From Patescibacteria group bacterium (GTDB taxonomy: Bacteria; Patescibacteriota; Minisyncoccia; Phycocordibacterales; JBBUBG01), in assembly GCA_040384765.1 (NCBI GenBank), contig JAZKIQ010000004.1, forward strand, positions 1 through 17,905: 17,905 nucleotides of DNA. The letters are read 5' to 3'. The notes beneath the pieces were generated by a model, which saw only the letters and a program-made list of their open reading frames with translations, was not told the DNA's origin and did no database searches. Made by a program: the position numbers and the translations under genes. Positions 1 through 8,362 of this stretch are shown here, one piece after another. Numbering within the stretch: position 1 is the first letter of the stretch; each line of letters starts with the position of its first letter.

Positions 1-26
1 GAAACCCCGGCTTTTATATTTCCTCG

Positions 27-1244
27 CTATGCACCCACCTCGATCTCTACAAAACGATGACTGCCTACTTTCAATTTTCCGCTTTTATCATTTTGAGCCT
101 TTGGGTCAGTAATCTTCACAAACTCTTCCCCCACAGCAAAGGAGACACCGCCCTGTTCAATAAGCCTGCGCGCATCGCTCTTTGATTTTGCAAAACCCGC
201 ATGCACAAGCAGATCAACCCACGACAACCCTGGTGAAAATGACACAACCCTAAGCACCTCTGGCACACCTTTATGCTGAATAGTCTTCTCAAAATACTCC
301 TTCCCTGCCTTTGCAGCCTCTTCCCCCTTAAACAACTTCACCACTTCATGGGCAAGCAAGAGCTTTGCGTCGCGAGGGTTGGCGCCACCCTCAAGCTCTT
401 TTTTGATCCGACCAATCTGAGCAATGGCAATATCCGTGCAGAGCTCAAAACCCGGAAGGATCATCCCGTCGGTCCAGCTCATCACTTTCCCAAACATCTC
501 TTCGGCTGTATCAACGAGGGCAATCATGTTGCCCGTAGTTTTACCCATCTTTATCCCTTCAGCATCGGCAAGAAGCTTTGTGGTAATTACAAACTTCTCT
601 TTCCCTTTCATTCGTTTCAGCAAATCTCGCCCTGCGAGCATGTTGAATGTCTGATCGTTACCCCCGACTTCTCCATCAACATCCATCGCAACAGAGTCAT
701 ATCCCTGCATAAGTGGGTACAAAAACTCATTAAGAAAAAGGTCTTTCCCCTCTCCAATACGCTTCTGAAACATGTCCCGCTTGATCATCTGTGCATGGGT
801 CATGTGAGACATCAGTTCGAGCGTCTCCTGAAAGGAAAGCTTACCAAGCCATTCTGAGTTGTATTTGAGCAAGGCTCCATTCTCGCCTCCAAATTCAATA
901 AACATGCTTGCCTGATCTTTGTACAACGAAGCATTTCCAAGCACCTGCTCGCGCGAAAGAGGAACTCGCGTGGCCATTTTGTCGGTTGGGTCACCGATCA
1001 TTGCAGTGAAATCGCCAAGAAGGAGAACCACTTGGTGACCCAGTTTTTGGAAGATACGAAGCTTCAGAAGAGGGATTATATGTCCCATATGGAGCGTTGG
1101 CCCGGTGGGGTCTATTCCCAGATACACCGTGAGTCTACTCCCACTCACAAGCTTCGAACGCAAAAACTCCTCTGAGGGATAGATATTCTCCACCCCTCGC
1201 ATAAGCAGCTCTTCAATCAGCTTTTCTTTCGATTCCATTGCCAT
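27..1244 (-). CDS. tyrS: Tyrosine--tRNA ligase
   Basis: Class I aaRS motifs GIDPTGPTLHMGH (HIGH) and KMGKT (KMSKS), plus YPLMQGYD, GGNDQ and a C-terminal S4 domain (SKSDARRLIEQGGV). Start moved to ATG 1244 (1238 also possible) because of an extended -10 element just upstream. Confidence 0.97.
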   Translation of the reverse strand: MAMESKEKLIEELLMRGVENIYPSEEFLRSKLVSGSRLTVYLGIDPTGPTLHMGHIIPLLKLRIFQKLGHQVVLLLGDFTAMIGDPTDKMATRVPLSREQVLGNASLYKDQASMFIEFGGENGALLKYNSEWLGKLSFQETLELMSHMTHAQMIKRDMFQKRIGEGKDLFLNEFLYPLMQGYDSVAMDVDGEVGGNDQTFNMLAGRDLLKRMKGKEKFVITTKLLADAEGIKMGKTTGNMIALVDTAEEMFGKVMSWTDGMILPGFELCTDIAIAQIGRIKKELEGGANPRDAKLLLAHEVVKLFKGEEAAKAGKEYFEKTIQHKGVPEVLRVVSFSPGLSWVDLLVHAGFAKSKSDARRLIEQGGVSFAVGEEFVKITDPKAQNDKSGKLKVGSHRFVEIEVGA

Positions 1245-1252
1245 ATTTGTCC

Positions 1253-1261
1253 AGTTTAGCA
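1253..1261 (-). promoter_or_regulatory. Putative extended -10 promoter of tyrS (TGcTAAACT)
   Basis: The minus strand reads TGC-TAAACT-8 nt-ATG(1244), with no SD motif. Confidence 0.55.
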
Positions 1262-1297
1262 AACTCATCCGTCTAACGGAATAACGAGCCTCTCCGC

Positions 1298-1326
1298 TTG
1301 TTTGCCTCTCTCTTTTGGCGTATCAT
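1298..1326 (+). promoter_or_regulatory. Putative sigma70 promoter of the PBP gene
   Basis: TTGTTT (1298-1303), a 17-nt spacer and TATCAT (1321-1326), 15 nt before ATG 1342. Confidence 0.5.
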
Positions 1327-1341
1327 CAAAAAAACCAATAT

Positions 1342-3867
1342 ATGTCAAGAAAACGAGATCTTTTTAAAACCTTTGTACTCCACAAAGTAGCCCCGCTCGC
1401 AATTGCGACGGTGCTCCTTGTTGGTGGAGGCGCAGCGCTCTGGGCTGCCACCTTGGAGGTACCCTCCTTCGAATCGTTTGCTGAGCGCAAAGTGCTCCAG
1501 TCGACAAAAATATACGACCGCACCGGAGCGGTGGTGCTGTTTGATGTGCACCAAGACATAAAGCGCAAAGTGGTCCCTTTTTCTGAAATCTCTGACACGA
1601 TCAAAGAGGCGACTCTCGCGATCGAAGATGACAGTTTTTACTCACACCACGGCATTAAGCCCAGCTCGATTCTGCGAGCACTTTTGGCTGACATCAAAAC
1701 AGGCTCTTTCAGCCAAGGAGGTTCTACGATCACCCAACAGGTGATCAAAAACGTACTGCTCACCCAAGAGCAAACAATCACACGCAAAATAAAAGAGGCC
1801 ATTCTTGCCATCAAGCTCGAAAGAACTCTCTCGAAAGATCAGATCTTTGAGCTGTATCTCAACGAGTCCCCTTATGGTGGAAATATGTACGGAGTGGAAG
1901 AGGCTTCTCAAACATACTTTGGGAAAAAGGCCAAAGAGGTAACCCTTGCTGAGGCCGCATACCTGGCGGGAATACCGAAGGCCCCTTCTCGATACTATCC
2001 GTATGGTACTCGGTTTAAGGACTTGGTAACTCGAAAAAATCTCGTTCTCTCACGAATGGAGACCCTCGGATATATCACAAAAGAGGAAGCTGTCGCAGCA
2101 AAAGAGGAGGATGTGCATTTCCTCCCTGCAAGCGAATCTGGGATCAAAGCCCCCCATTTTGCGCTGTACGTCCGAGAGTATCTTGAGGAAAAATATGGAA
2201 AAGATGCTATCGAGACGGATGGCTTGCGTGTTATCACAACACTCGATTGGAACCTCCAAAAAAAGGCTGAGGGTATCGTCGCGGAATATGGCAAAGACAA
2301 CGAGGTAAAGTTCAACGCTCACAATGCAGCCATGGTAGGGATCGACCCAAAAACAGGACAGATCCTTGTCATGGTTGGCTCGCGCGACTATTTCGACACA
2401 GAAAACGACGGCAACTTCAACATCACCCTTGCAAAACGTCAGCCAGGATCGTCATTCAAACCGGTCGTCTACGCAACGGCATTTAAAAAAGGGTACACCC
2501 CGGATACCGTAGTTTTTGATGTGAAGACCCAGTTTTCAACCAACTGCGACGCGGACGGCAACCCTCTTGGAGGCGCCCAGGCCGGCACCTGCTATATGCC
2601 AGGCAACTACGACAACGACTTCCGGGGCCCAATGACCTTGCGAAACGCTCTCGCTCAATCGATTAACATCCCCGCGCTAAAGGCACTCTACTTGGTCGGC
2701 ATAAAAGCGGCCCTTGAAACAGCGCGTGACCTTGGAATCACGAGCCTTACTGACCCCACACGCTACGGCCTCACGCTTGTGCTCGGTGGTGGCGAAGTCT
2801 CCCCTCTCGAACTCACCAGTGCCTACGCAGTGTTTGCAAACGACGGCGTTCGCCACCCATACGCATCGATTCTCCGCGTTGAAGACTCGAAAGGAAATGT
2901 GCTCGAAGAGTTTATCGATAACCCAACGACCGTCCTTGATCCCCAGGTTGCGCGCGAGATCAACAGCATCCTATCCGACGATGTCGCACGAAAACCTGCG
3001 TACGGGGAAAACTCTGTTCTCTCCGTCCCTGGCCGCGAAGTGGCAGCAAAGACCGGTACCACCAACGACTACCGTGATGCATGGATCATGGGGTACACGC
3101 CAAACTTCGCTCTCGGTGCGTGGGCTGGAAACAACGACAACTCACCAATGGAAAAGAAGGTGGCTGGCTTCATTGTGGCGCCAATGTGGAACGCCTTTAT
3201 GAAAGAGGCACTCGCGGTCCTTCCCGATGAAAGCTTTACCCGCCCCGAGCCACTCGATCCGAATCTAAAACCTGTGCTCCGCGGTGTGTGGCAGGGAGGC
3301 GAAACGTACACGGTAGATAAAACGACGGGCAAACTTGCAACGGAGTTTACGCCACCTGAAAACCGCGAAGAGCGCTACGTGCGAAACGTACACGACATCC
3401 TTCACTGGGTAAACCGCGCAAACCCTCTTGGACCTGCACCCTCAAATCCAGGGCTCGATTCGCAGTATCACCTTTGGGAAGCCGGGGTCACCAAATGGCT
3501 CGCATCCCACGGCATGCCCGCAGACTTTGGCTCGAAACCCACAGAGTTCGATACCGTACACACCCAAGCGACCCTTCCTGTTATATCAATCACCTCCCCT
3601 ACAAGTGGTGCGGTAGTCTCAAGAAGCGCTCGCCTTTCGGTAAACATTGTACGCAAGTTGTCTGCACAAGCAGAGTATCCCCTGGTATCTGCAGAGTACT
3701 ATCTCAATGGTGCCTACCTTGGTGTAAGCACCGCCGATCCTTTTAGTTTTTCCTTCACCCCTGAAAACGCCTCTTCCCTTCAAACAGAGAACGATCTCAA
3801 AGTAGTAGCAAAAGATTCTATCGGAAACCGGGGCTCGGCTACCGTCCATTTCACCATCTCCGACTAG
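1342..3867 (+). CDS. Class A penicillin-binding protein (PBP1A family; transglycosylase + transpeptidase, C-terminal Ig-like domain)
   Basis: N-terminal TM helix; GT51 motifs EDDSFYSHHG, GGSTITQQ and RKIKE; transpeptidase motifs SxxK (GSSFK), SxN (SIN) and KTG (KTGT); beta-rich C-terminus. ATG 1342 is preferred over TTG 1315. Confidence 0.95.
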   Translation: MSRKRDLFKTFVLHKVAPLAIATVLLVGGGAALWAATLEVPSFESFAERKVLQSTKIYDRTGAVVLFDVHQDIKRKVVPFSEISDTIKEATLAIEDDSFYSHHGIKPSSILRALLADIKTGSFSQGGSTITQQVIKNVLLTQEQTITRKIKEAILAIKLERTLSKDQIFELYLNESPYGGNMYGVEEASQTYFGKKAKEVTLAEAAYLAGIPKAPSRYYPYGTRFKDLVTRKNLVLSRMETLGYITKEEAVAAKEEDVHFLPASESGIKAPHFALYVREYLEEKYGKDAIETDGLRVITTLDWNLQKKAEGIVAEYGKDNEVKFNAHNAAMVGIDPKTGQILVMVGSRDYFDTENDGNFNITLAKRQPGSSFKPVVYATAFKKGYTPDTVVFDVKTQFSTNCDADGNPLGGAQAGTCYMPGNYDNDFRGPMTLRNALAQSINIPALKALYLVGIKAALETARDLGITSLTDPTRYGLTLVLGGGEVSPLELTSAYAVFANDGVRHPYASILRVEDSKGNVLEEFIDNPTTVLDPQVAREINSILSDDVARKPAYGENSVLSVPGREVAAKTGTTNDYRDAWIMGYTPNFALGAWAGNNDNSPMEKKVAGFIVAPMWNAFMKEALAVLPDESFTRPEPLDPNLKPVLRGVWQGGETYTVDKTTGKLATEFTPPENREERYVRNVHDILHWVNRANPLGPAPSNPGLDSQYHLWEAGVTKWLASHGMPADFGSKPTEFDTVHTQATLPVISITSPTSGAVVSRSARLSVNIVRKLSAQAEYPLVSAEYYLNGAYLGVSTADPFSFSFTPENASSLQTENDLKVVAKDSIGNRGSATVHFTISD

Positions 3868-3883
3868 AGCACTCTCGGGGTAT

Positions 3884-4144
3884 TCAACGAATCTGCTTCG
3901 GTGCCTTCTCTCCAAGCTCCTTCTTGAGAATTTCGAGGAGTCTCCTCTTGCGCATAAAAAACTCTGATTTTGCGGGCCCGTTGATATCAACAAAAAGCGT
4001 CCCGTTCTTTACGCTTACCTGAGCAATCTCAATCGTTGTCCGGCACTCTTTTTCCAAAAAATCCACAGTAATACTCCGAGCCGCCTCATCCGGCGGCCGC
4101 ATACTCTTAAACCGTTCCAAAAAACTAGATAACGGACTAATCAT
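3884..4144 (-). CDS. DciA/DUF721-like small protein (putative replicative helicase operator)
   Basis: 86 aa, directly downstream of dnaN. The pattern (SVKNGTLFVDINGPAKSEFFMRKRRLLEILK) resembles the KH-like DUF721 core, and the position matches dnaA-dnaN-(recF)-DUF721 synteny. Confidence 0.6.
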   Translation of the reverse strand: MISPLSSFLERFKSMRPPDEAARSITVDFLEKECRTTIEIAQVSVKNGTLFVDINGPAKSEFFMRKRRLLEILKKELGEKAPKQIR

Positions 4145-4155
4145 CTGTTATGAAC

Positions 4156-5256
4156 CTAGCGGTTCATCGGCATCACCAAATAGGTCAGGCTGGTGTCTCG
4201 CACAGGCTTGATCACGAGGGGTTTACCTGGCCCATTGAGGGAGACTGCCACTTTCTCTTCCCCAATCGACTGCAGGCCATCGAGAACGTACTTAGCATTA
4301 AAGCTCATGGTGGCGAGCTCACCTTCAAACACCCCTTCGAGGAGTGTCGTATTTTCTCCGGAATCCTGGTTTTTCGACTCCACCTCACACACCCCTTCGG
4401 CTGGATCAATCTTAAGAGCTATCTGAGACAGTCTGTCTGAAAAAAGAGCAGAGAGCTTGAGCGCCTGAACAAGGTCGCGCTTCTCAAGCGTCCCTTTTGT
4501 TTTTGACTGGGTCGGCATGATCTGACGATAGTTTGGAAAATTCCCCACAACGAGGCGCGTCGTGAAATAGAGATTCTCCGTTTTGAGCGAGAGCTGGTTC
4601 TTGTTGATCAAAACTGTCACATCTCCCTGCTCATTCTCTATTGCCCGAAGCAGCTCTCCGGCGTTTTTCTGAGGAATCAAGAGAGCTGTCTGCATCGTGC
4701 TTTCGGCTGCCTGAACCCTTTTCTCTGCGAGGCGAAAGCCGTCGGTTGCCACAAACACAAGCTCACCGTTGTCTGCGTACAAGTAGATACTCGCGATCTC
4801 AGGCTTCACGTCAGAAAGTGAGGCAGCATACAGCACCGCGCGTATCCCCTCACGGAGCCCTTCTGCACTGATAACAACAGTCTCTTCCGCCTCTACCCGC
4901 GGTATAACAGGAAAATCTTCGGCTGGAACACTTTTAATAAGCGTTGATGTCCGCTTTGTTGCGAGCGCAAGATTTCCTCCCACCACCTCAAATTTGATCG
5001 TCTCATCCCCACCCACGGTCGAGAGAAAGTTTGAAAGCATAGCGCCTCCAAGAGCCACCAACCCTTCACCTTCAAGCTTCGCAGGCACCGCATACTCGAT
5101 ACCCACATCAAGGTTTGTCGCCTTCAGAAGGAGCTTCCCTTTGCCAGCTTCGATAAGGATGGCGGAGAGTACGGGCAGTGAAAGGTTTTTACCCGTCATC
5201 TTTTCGACGAGGGCCACCCCTCCTTTCAACCGATCTCTGAGACATTCTCCTTTCAT
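4156..5256 (-). CDS. dnaN: DNA polymerase III beta sliding clamp
   Basis: 366 aa with ATNLD, EDFP, VATDGFRLA, GNFPNYRQIMP, FNAKYVLD and a C-terminal LVMPM; lies downstream of dnaA. Confidence 0.97.
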   Translation of the reverse strand: MKGECLRDRLKGGVALVEKMTGKNLSLPVLSAILIEAGKGKLLLKATNLDVGIEYAVPAKLEGEGLVALGGAMLSNFLSTVGGDETIKFEVVGGNLALATKRTSTLIKSVPAEDFPVIPRVEAEETVVISAEGLREGIRAVLYAASLSDVKPEIASIYLYADNGELVFVATDGFRLAEKRVQAAESTMQTALLIPQKNAGELLRAIENEQGDVTVLINKNQLSLKTENLYFTTRLVVGNFPNYRQIMPTQSKTKGTLEKRDLVQALKLSALFSDRLSQIALKIDPAEGVCEVESKNQDSGENTTLLEGVFEGELATMSFNAKYVLDGLQSIGEEKVAVSLNGPGKPLVIKPVRDTSLTYLVMPMNR

Positions 5257-5428
5257 AAGATGTGTATGATTTTTTATATAAAACAGTTCACTACTCCTAT
5301 TAGTCCTGTGGATACCGTGGATAACTCAGAAATCTTTTGTAACCACAACGTCTTTTCCCTATTTTCCAACTGCTTCTTTTGTGGACAACTCATCTCTTTT
5401 TCCCCAGATGCCGATTATGTTATGCACT
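5257..5428. promoter_or_regulatory. oriC: oriC unwinding region (DnaA boxes, DnaA-trio-like tract, AT-rich DUE)
   Basis: One-mismatch DnaA boxes at 5307-5315 (TGTGGATAC), 5316-5324 (CGTGGATAA), 5380-5388 (TGTGGACAA), 5398-5406 (TTTTCCCCA) and 5420-5428 (TTATGCACT), plus a weaker box at 5339-5347. An AT-rich tract lies at about 5265-5284, in the dnaA-dnaN intergenic region. Confidence 0.85.
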
Positions 5429-6784
5429 CGCCAAGGTGTTATACAGGATGTTCTTAATCTGTTCTACCTCCTGATTCAACAGGTTATCCACCTTGATATC
5501 CTCTTTTATCTTCTCATATGCGTGAATAACGGTTGTGTGGTCGCGTCCTCCAAGCTTTTGGCCAATATACGGATACGACGTGTTGAAATCCTCGCGAAGG
5601 ATATACATGATTACTTGCCGCGGCTTCACCACCTCTTTGCGACGTGTTTTTTCATAGAGTACACGCTCTTCAATGTTGTAGAACTCCGCAACAATTCGAA
5701 TAACATCCTTGATCGAGATCTGGCGTTGCTGCTTGATGTTGTTTTTGATCAGTACCTTTGCTTCAGCAAGAGAAAGAGGTCTGTTTTTGAGCTGAGCTTG
5801 GCATACGATCGCATTTAAGGTGCCTTCGAGTTCTCGGATCGAGTCGGCGATCACTGAGGCGATATATTCAATAATGCTGTCATCGGGAGCAAACGCCGTC
5901 TGACGCGCCTTTGTTTTGAGAATCGCAAGACGTGACTCAAAGTCAGGCTTGGTTACGTCTGCTTGCATGCCTCCCTCAAAGCGCGATCGAAGACGATCCT
6001 CGAGGCCTACAATCTGTTTTGGTGGCTTGTCCGAGGAGAAGATCACCTGCTTTCCATTTTCATGAAAATGGTTGAACAGATGGAACAACTCTTCCTGGGT
6101 TTTGTCCTTTGCGGTAAGAAACTGGATATCATCAATAATAAGGAGGTCAAACTTCCGGTACTTCTCCTTAAAAAGATGCACTCTGTTTTTGATAACTGAG
6201 TCCACAAAGTCGGTCATCCACCGCTCGCTCGTTACATAGTAGGTTTTTTTGGTAGGGTCGCGTTTTCGCAGCTCGTTGCCAATGGCTTGGAGGAGGTGTG
6301 TCTTCCCTACTCCCGTAGGTCCATAGATAAAAAGCGGGTTGTAGTTCTTGCCGGGGTTTTTTACCACTGCTTGCCCTGCAGCGTATGCCAGTTCATTGAA
6401 GGGGCCGACGATAAAGTCATCGAAGGTGTATTTCGGGTTGAGATTATCCTCCTTGTTTACAAACATTTCAGCAATCGGCATCTGGGCTGCAAAGGTGCCA
6501 GAAGGTGCGGCTGACTCACTTGCCTTCTTTTTGTCATCTATGCGCTCGATTACAAATTCAACACCTCGTACATTCGATGCGTTGGTGCGAAGTATCTCGA
6601 GGATTGTTTTGTGGTGCTTTGCCGAGAGCCAGTCTCGCACAAATGCGTTGGGAACCCCTACGAAGATGATCTCGTCCTCCTCTTTTGCGATGGAGGTGTT
6701 CTTAAACCATGTGTTGAAGTTTGCCTTTGATACCGAAAGTTCAACCTCGGAAAGTGTTTTCTGCCATAGTTCTTTAAGATCCAT
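5420..6784 (-). CDS. dnaA: Chromosomal replication initiator DnaA
   Basis: LNPKYTFDDF, YNPLFIYGPTGVGKTHL (Walker A), LLIIDDIQF (Walker B), RLRSRF and GGRDHTTVIHA (domain IV). The likely true start is ATG 6784 (MDLKELWQ), giving 454 aa. Confidence 0.98.
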   Translation of the reverse strand: MDLKELWQKTLSEVELSVSKANFNTWFKNTSIAKEEDEIIFVGVPNAFVRDWLSAKHHKTILEILRTNASNVRGVEFVIERIDDKKKASESAAPSGTFAAQMPIAEMFVNKEDNLNPKYTFDDFIVGPFNELAYAAGQAVVKNPGKNYNPLFIYGPTGVGKTHLLQAIGNELRKRDPTKKTYYVTSERWMTDFVDSVIKNRVHLFKEKYRKFDLLIIDDIQFLTAKDKTQEELFHLFNHFHENGKQVIFSSDKPPKQIVGLEDRLRSRFEGGMQADVTKPDFESRLAILKTKARQTAFAPDDSIIEYIASVIADSIRELEGTLNAIVCQAQLKNRPLSLAEAKVLIKNNIKQQRQISIKDVIRIVAEFYNIEERVLYEKTRRKEVVKPRQVIMYILREDFNTSYPYIGQKLGGRDHTTVIHAYEKIKEDIKVDNLLNQEVEQIKNILYNTLASA

Positions 6785-6790
6785 GGGAGA

Positions 6791-6796
6791 AGTATA
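6791..6796 (-). promoter_or_regulatory. Putative -10 element of dnaA (TATACT)
   Basis: The minus strand reads TATACT-tctccc-ATG(6784). Confidence 0.6.
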
Positions 6797-6829
6797 AATC
6801 CCTCTGTTGAAAGCAAGAACTAGGCGGAG

Positions 6830-6861
6830 TTGTTCACATATTGTGGAGTACCTGTGGATAA
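6830..6861. promoter_or_regulatory. DnaA box cluster upstream of dnaA
   Basis: A perfect TGTGGATAA at 6853-6861, TTGTTCACA at 6830-6838 (1 mismatch) and TGTGGAGTA at 6842-6850 (2 mismatches). Confidence 0.8.
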
Positions 6862-6926
6862 CTCGCTCATCATTTGGTGGGAGTGATCCGTTGACATTTG
6901 TATGCAAATGAGAAGCCTCTCCTGGG

Positions 6927-6955
6927 TTGCGGGGAGGCCTCGATTCATATACACT
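6927..6955 (+). promoter_or_regulatory. Putative sigma70 promoter of rpmH-rnpA-yidC
   Basis: TTGCGG (6927-6932), a 17-nt spacer and TACACT (6950-6955), 7 nt before ATG 6963. Confidence 0.6.
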
Positions 6956-6962
6956 GGTCCCT

Positions 6963-7097
6963 ATGTCATTTACCTATAAGCCAAAGAAGCGAAAGCGCAA
7001 AACTACGCATGGATTTCTCGTGCGAAGCAAGAGCCCAGGAGGGCGCGCAGTGCTCAAGCGTCGCCGCCAAAAAGGCCGCAAGAAGCTTTCGGTATAG
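6963..7097 (+). CDS. rpmH: 50S ribosomal protein L34
   Basis: Not in the ORF track. Translated by hand: [44 protein letters not shown] (44 aa; HGF...RRxKGR). Divergent from dnaA and upstream of rnpA. Confidence 0.97.
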   Translation: MSFTYKPKKRKRKTTHGFLVRSKSPGGRAVLKRRRQKGRKKLSV

Positions 7098-7114
7098 CGG
7101 CTCTTCGAATTCGT

Positions 7115-7447
7115 ATGAAGGCTTCCTCAAGGATCAGCCGCTCCGAATTTCCCGCTTTACTCGCTGGTCGCACTGTTCGCGGAGAGCATCTAGAGCTTAA
7201 ATACGCCCCATTTCCGGGGCGTATTTCGTATGCAATGGTCGTGTCTGCAAAAGTGGCTCCGAGTGCGGCAGATCGCAACCGGCTTCGGAGGCGGGGTCGT
7301 GCTATACTACAGAAACTCCAAAAAACAGTTGAACCTGGCTGGGGCATAGCACTGTTCTTCAAAAAAGGAGCACCCAAGCTGTCGTTTGCGGAGCTTGAAG
7401 TGGAGATTCGCTCCCTTCTTCTCAAAACCTCTTTTTTTCATTCGTAA
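7115..7447 (+). CDS. rnpA: Ribonuclease P protein component
   Basis: 110-aa basic protein with the RNR motif VVSAKVAPSAADRNRLRRR; follows rpmH. Confidence 0.92.
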   Translation: MKASSRISRSEFPALLAGRTVRGEHLELKYAPFPGRISYAMVVSAKVAPSAADRNRLRRRGRAILQKLQKTVEPGWGIALFFKKGAPKLSFAELEVEIRSLLLKTSFFHS

Positions 7448-7450
7448 TCA

Positions 7451-8167
7451 ATGCTTCAAGCACTTTTCTTTAACCCTTTCTATAATGCGCTCATCTTTCT
7501 TGCTGCTGTATTGCCAGGAAACGATGTTGGATTCGCCATTATTCTCCTGACCCTTGCGGTGAAAGGGATACTTGCTCCCCTCTCGCACAGCTCGCTTCTT
7601 GCACAGCGCAAAATGCGCGAGCTCGAACCGAAGCTCAAGGAGCTCAAGTCAAAGCATAAGGATCAAAACGAACAGGCACTAAAGATGATGGAGCTGTATC
7701 GTGAGCATGGGGTCAATCCGTTTTCGAGCTTGATGGTGATGCTCGTACAGATTCCCATCATCTTCGGTCTCTATTTTGTGTTTCAGGCGGGCATCGATCT
7801 TGCATCCCCCGCACTCTATGCGTTTACGCCACGGCCAGAATCGATCAACACCGTTTTCCTAGGTTTGGTAAACCTTGCTGAGCCAAGCTGGGTGCTCGCG
7901 GGCATCGCTGCCATTACGCAATTTTTCCAGACACAACTTGCGGTCCCTCCCGTACCAAAGGCAAAAGACGGCGAAGAGTCCACGTTTCAGGAGGAGTTTG
8001 CGCGTAGCATGAGTTTTCAGGCTCGTTTTATATTGCCGATTTTCATCTTCTTTATCTCTTTCAAGCTTCAGGCGGCCCTTCCCCTCTACTGGGCCACAAG
8101 CAACCTCTTTGGTATTGCTCACGAACTGTATATCAGACGCGAGGCGCAGAAAATTTCGCATAGCTAA
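7451..8167 (+). CDS. yidC: Membrane protein insertase YidC/Oxa1 (short form)
   Basis: GFAIILLTLAVK, MELYREHGVNP, LVQIPI and LPLYWATSNLF; canonical rpmH-rnpA-yidC synteny; no large periplasmic domain. Confidence 0.95.
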   Translation: MLQALFFNPFYNALIFLAAVLPGNDVGFAIILLTLAVKGILAPLSHSSLLAQRKMRELEPKLKELKSKHKDQNEQALKMMELYREHGVNPFSSLMVMLVQIPIIFGLYFVFQAGIDLASPALYAFTPRPESINTVFLGLVNLAEPSWVLAGIAAITQFFQTQLAVPPVPKAKDGEESTFQEEFARSMSFQARFILPIFIFFISFKLQAALPLYWATSNLFGIAHELYIRREAQKISHS

Positions 8168-8350
8168 AAGCCTCACCTTCTTTGTCGCCTTCGGCAGGAA
8201 AAGTCGAGACGTAGAAAACCTACGTCTCGACTTTTCCTTTCTATGCTCATGCCTGTCTCGCTTCACTCGACAACGGCATGTGCCGCAAGACCGGCACCGC
8301 CTCAAACATGAAGCAGTTCATGTTTGAGCTTCTCGAATCTGAGGCTTTTA
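8165..8350. repeat. Multi-hairpin palindromic intergenic element (MITE/REP-like; may also terminate the convergent transcripts)
   Basis: An 11-bp terminal IR (TAAAAGCCTCA at 8165-8175 / 8340-8350), a perfect 19-bp stem (8196-8214 / 8220-8238), a perfect 12-bp stem (8301-8312 / 8317-8328) and smaller stems at 8248-8280 and 8280-8297. Confidence 0.75.
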
Positions 8351-8362
8351 TCTTATGCTCCC

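Noticed and set aside
1-15. Possible tyrS terminator arm (GAAACCCCGGCTTTT)
   Set aside because: It is cut by the window edge, so the partner arm cannot be seen.
6891-6896. Perfect TTGACA -35 hexamer
   Set aside because: There is no -10-like hexamer 16-18 nt downstream.
6785-6907. 41-aa N-terminal extension of DnaA in the ORF track
   Set aside because: It runs through the DnaA boxes and promoter; domain I begins at MDLKELW (6784), right after a -10 element.
6898-7200. 100-aa plus-strand ORF over the rpmH region
   Set aside because: It is in the wrong frame; the real gene is the 44-aa rpmH at 6963-7097.
8165-8350. 6S RNA, tRNA or CRISPR interpretation of the hairpin element
   Set aside because: It has several independent perfect hairpins rather than one long rod with a central bubble, no cloverleaf or T-loop, and no repeat-spacer periodicity.
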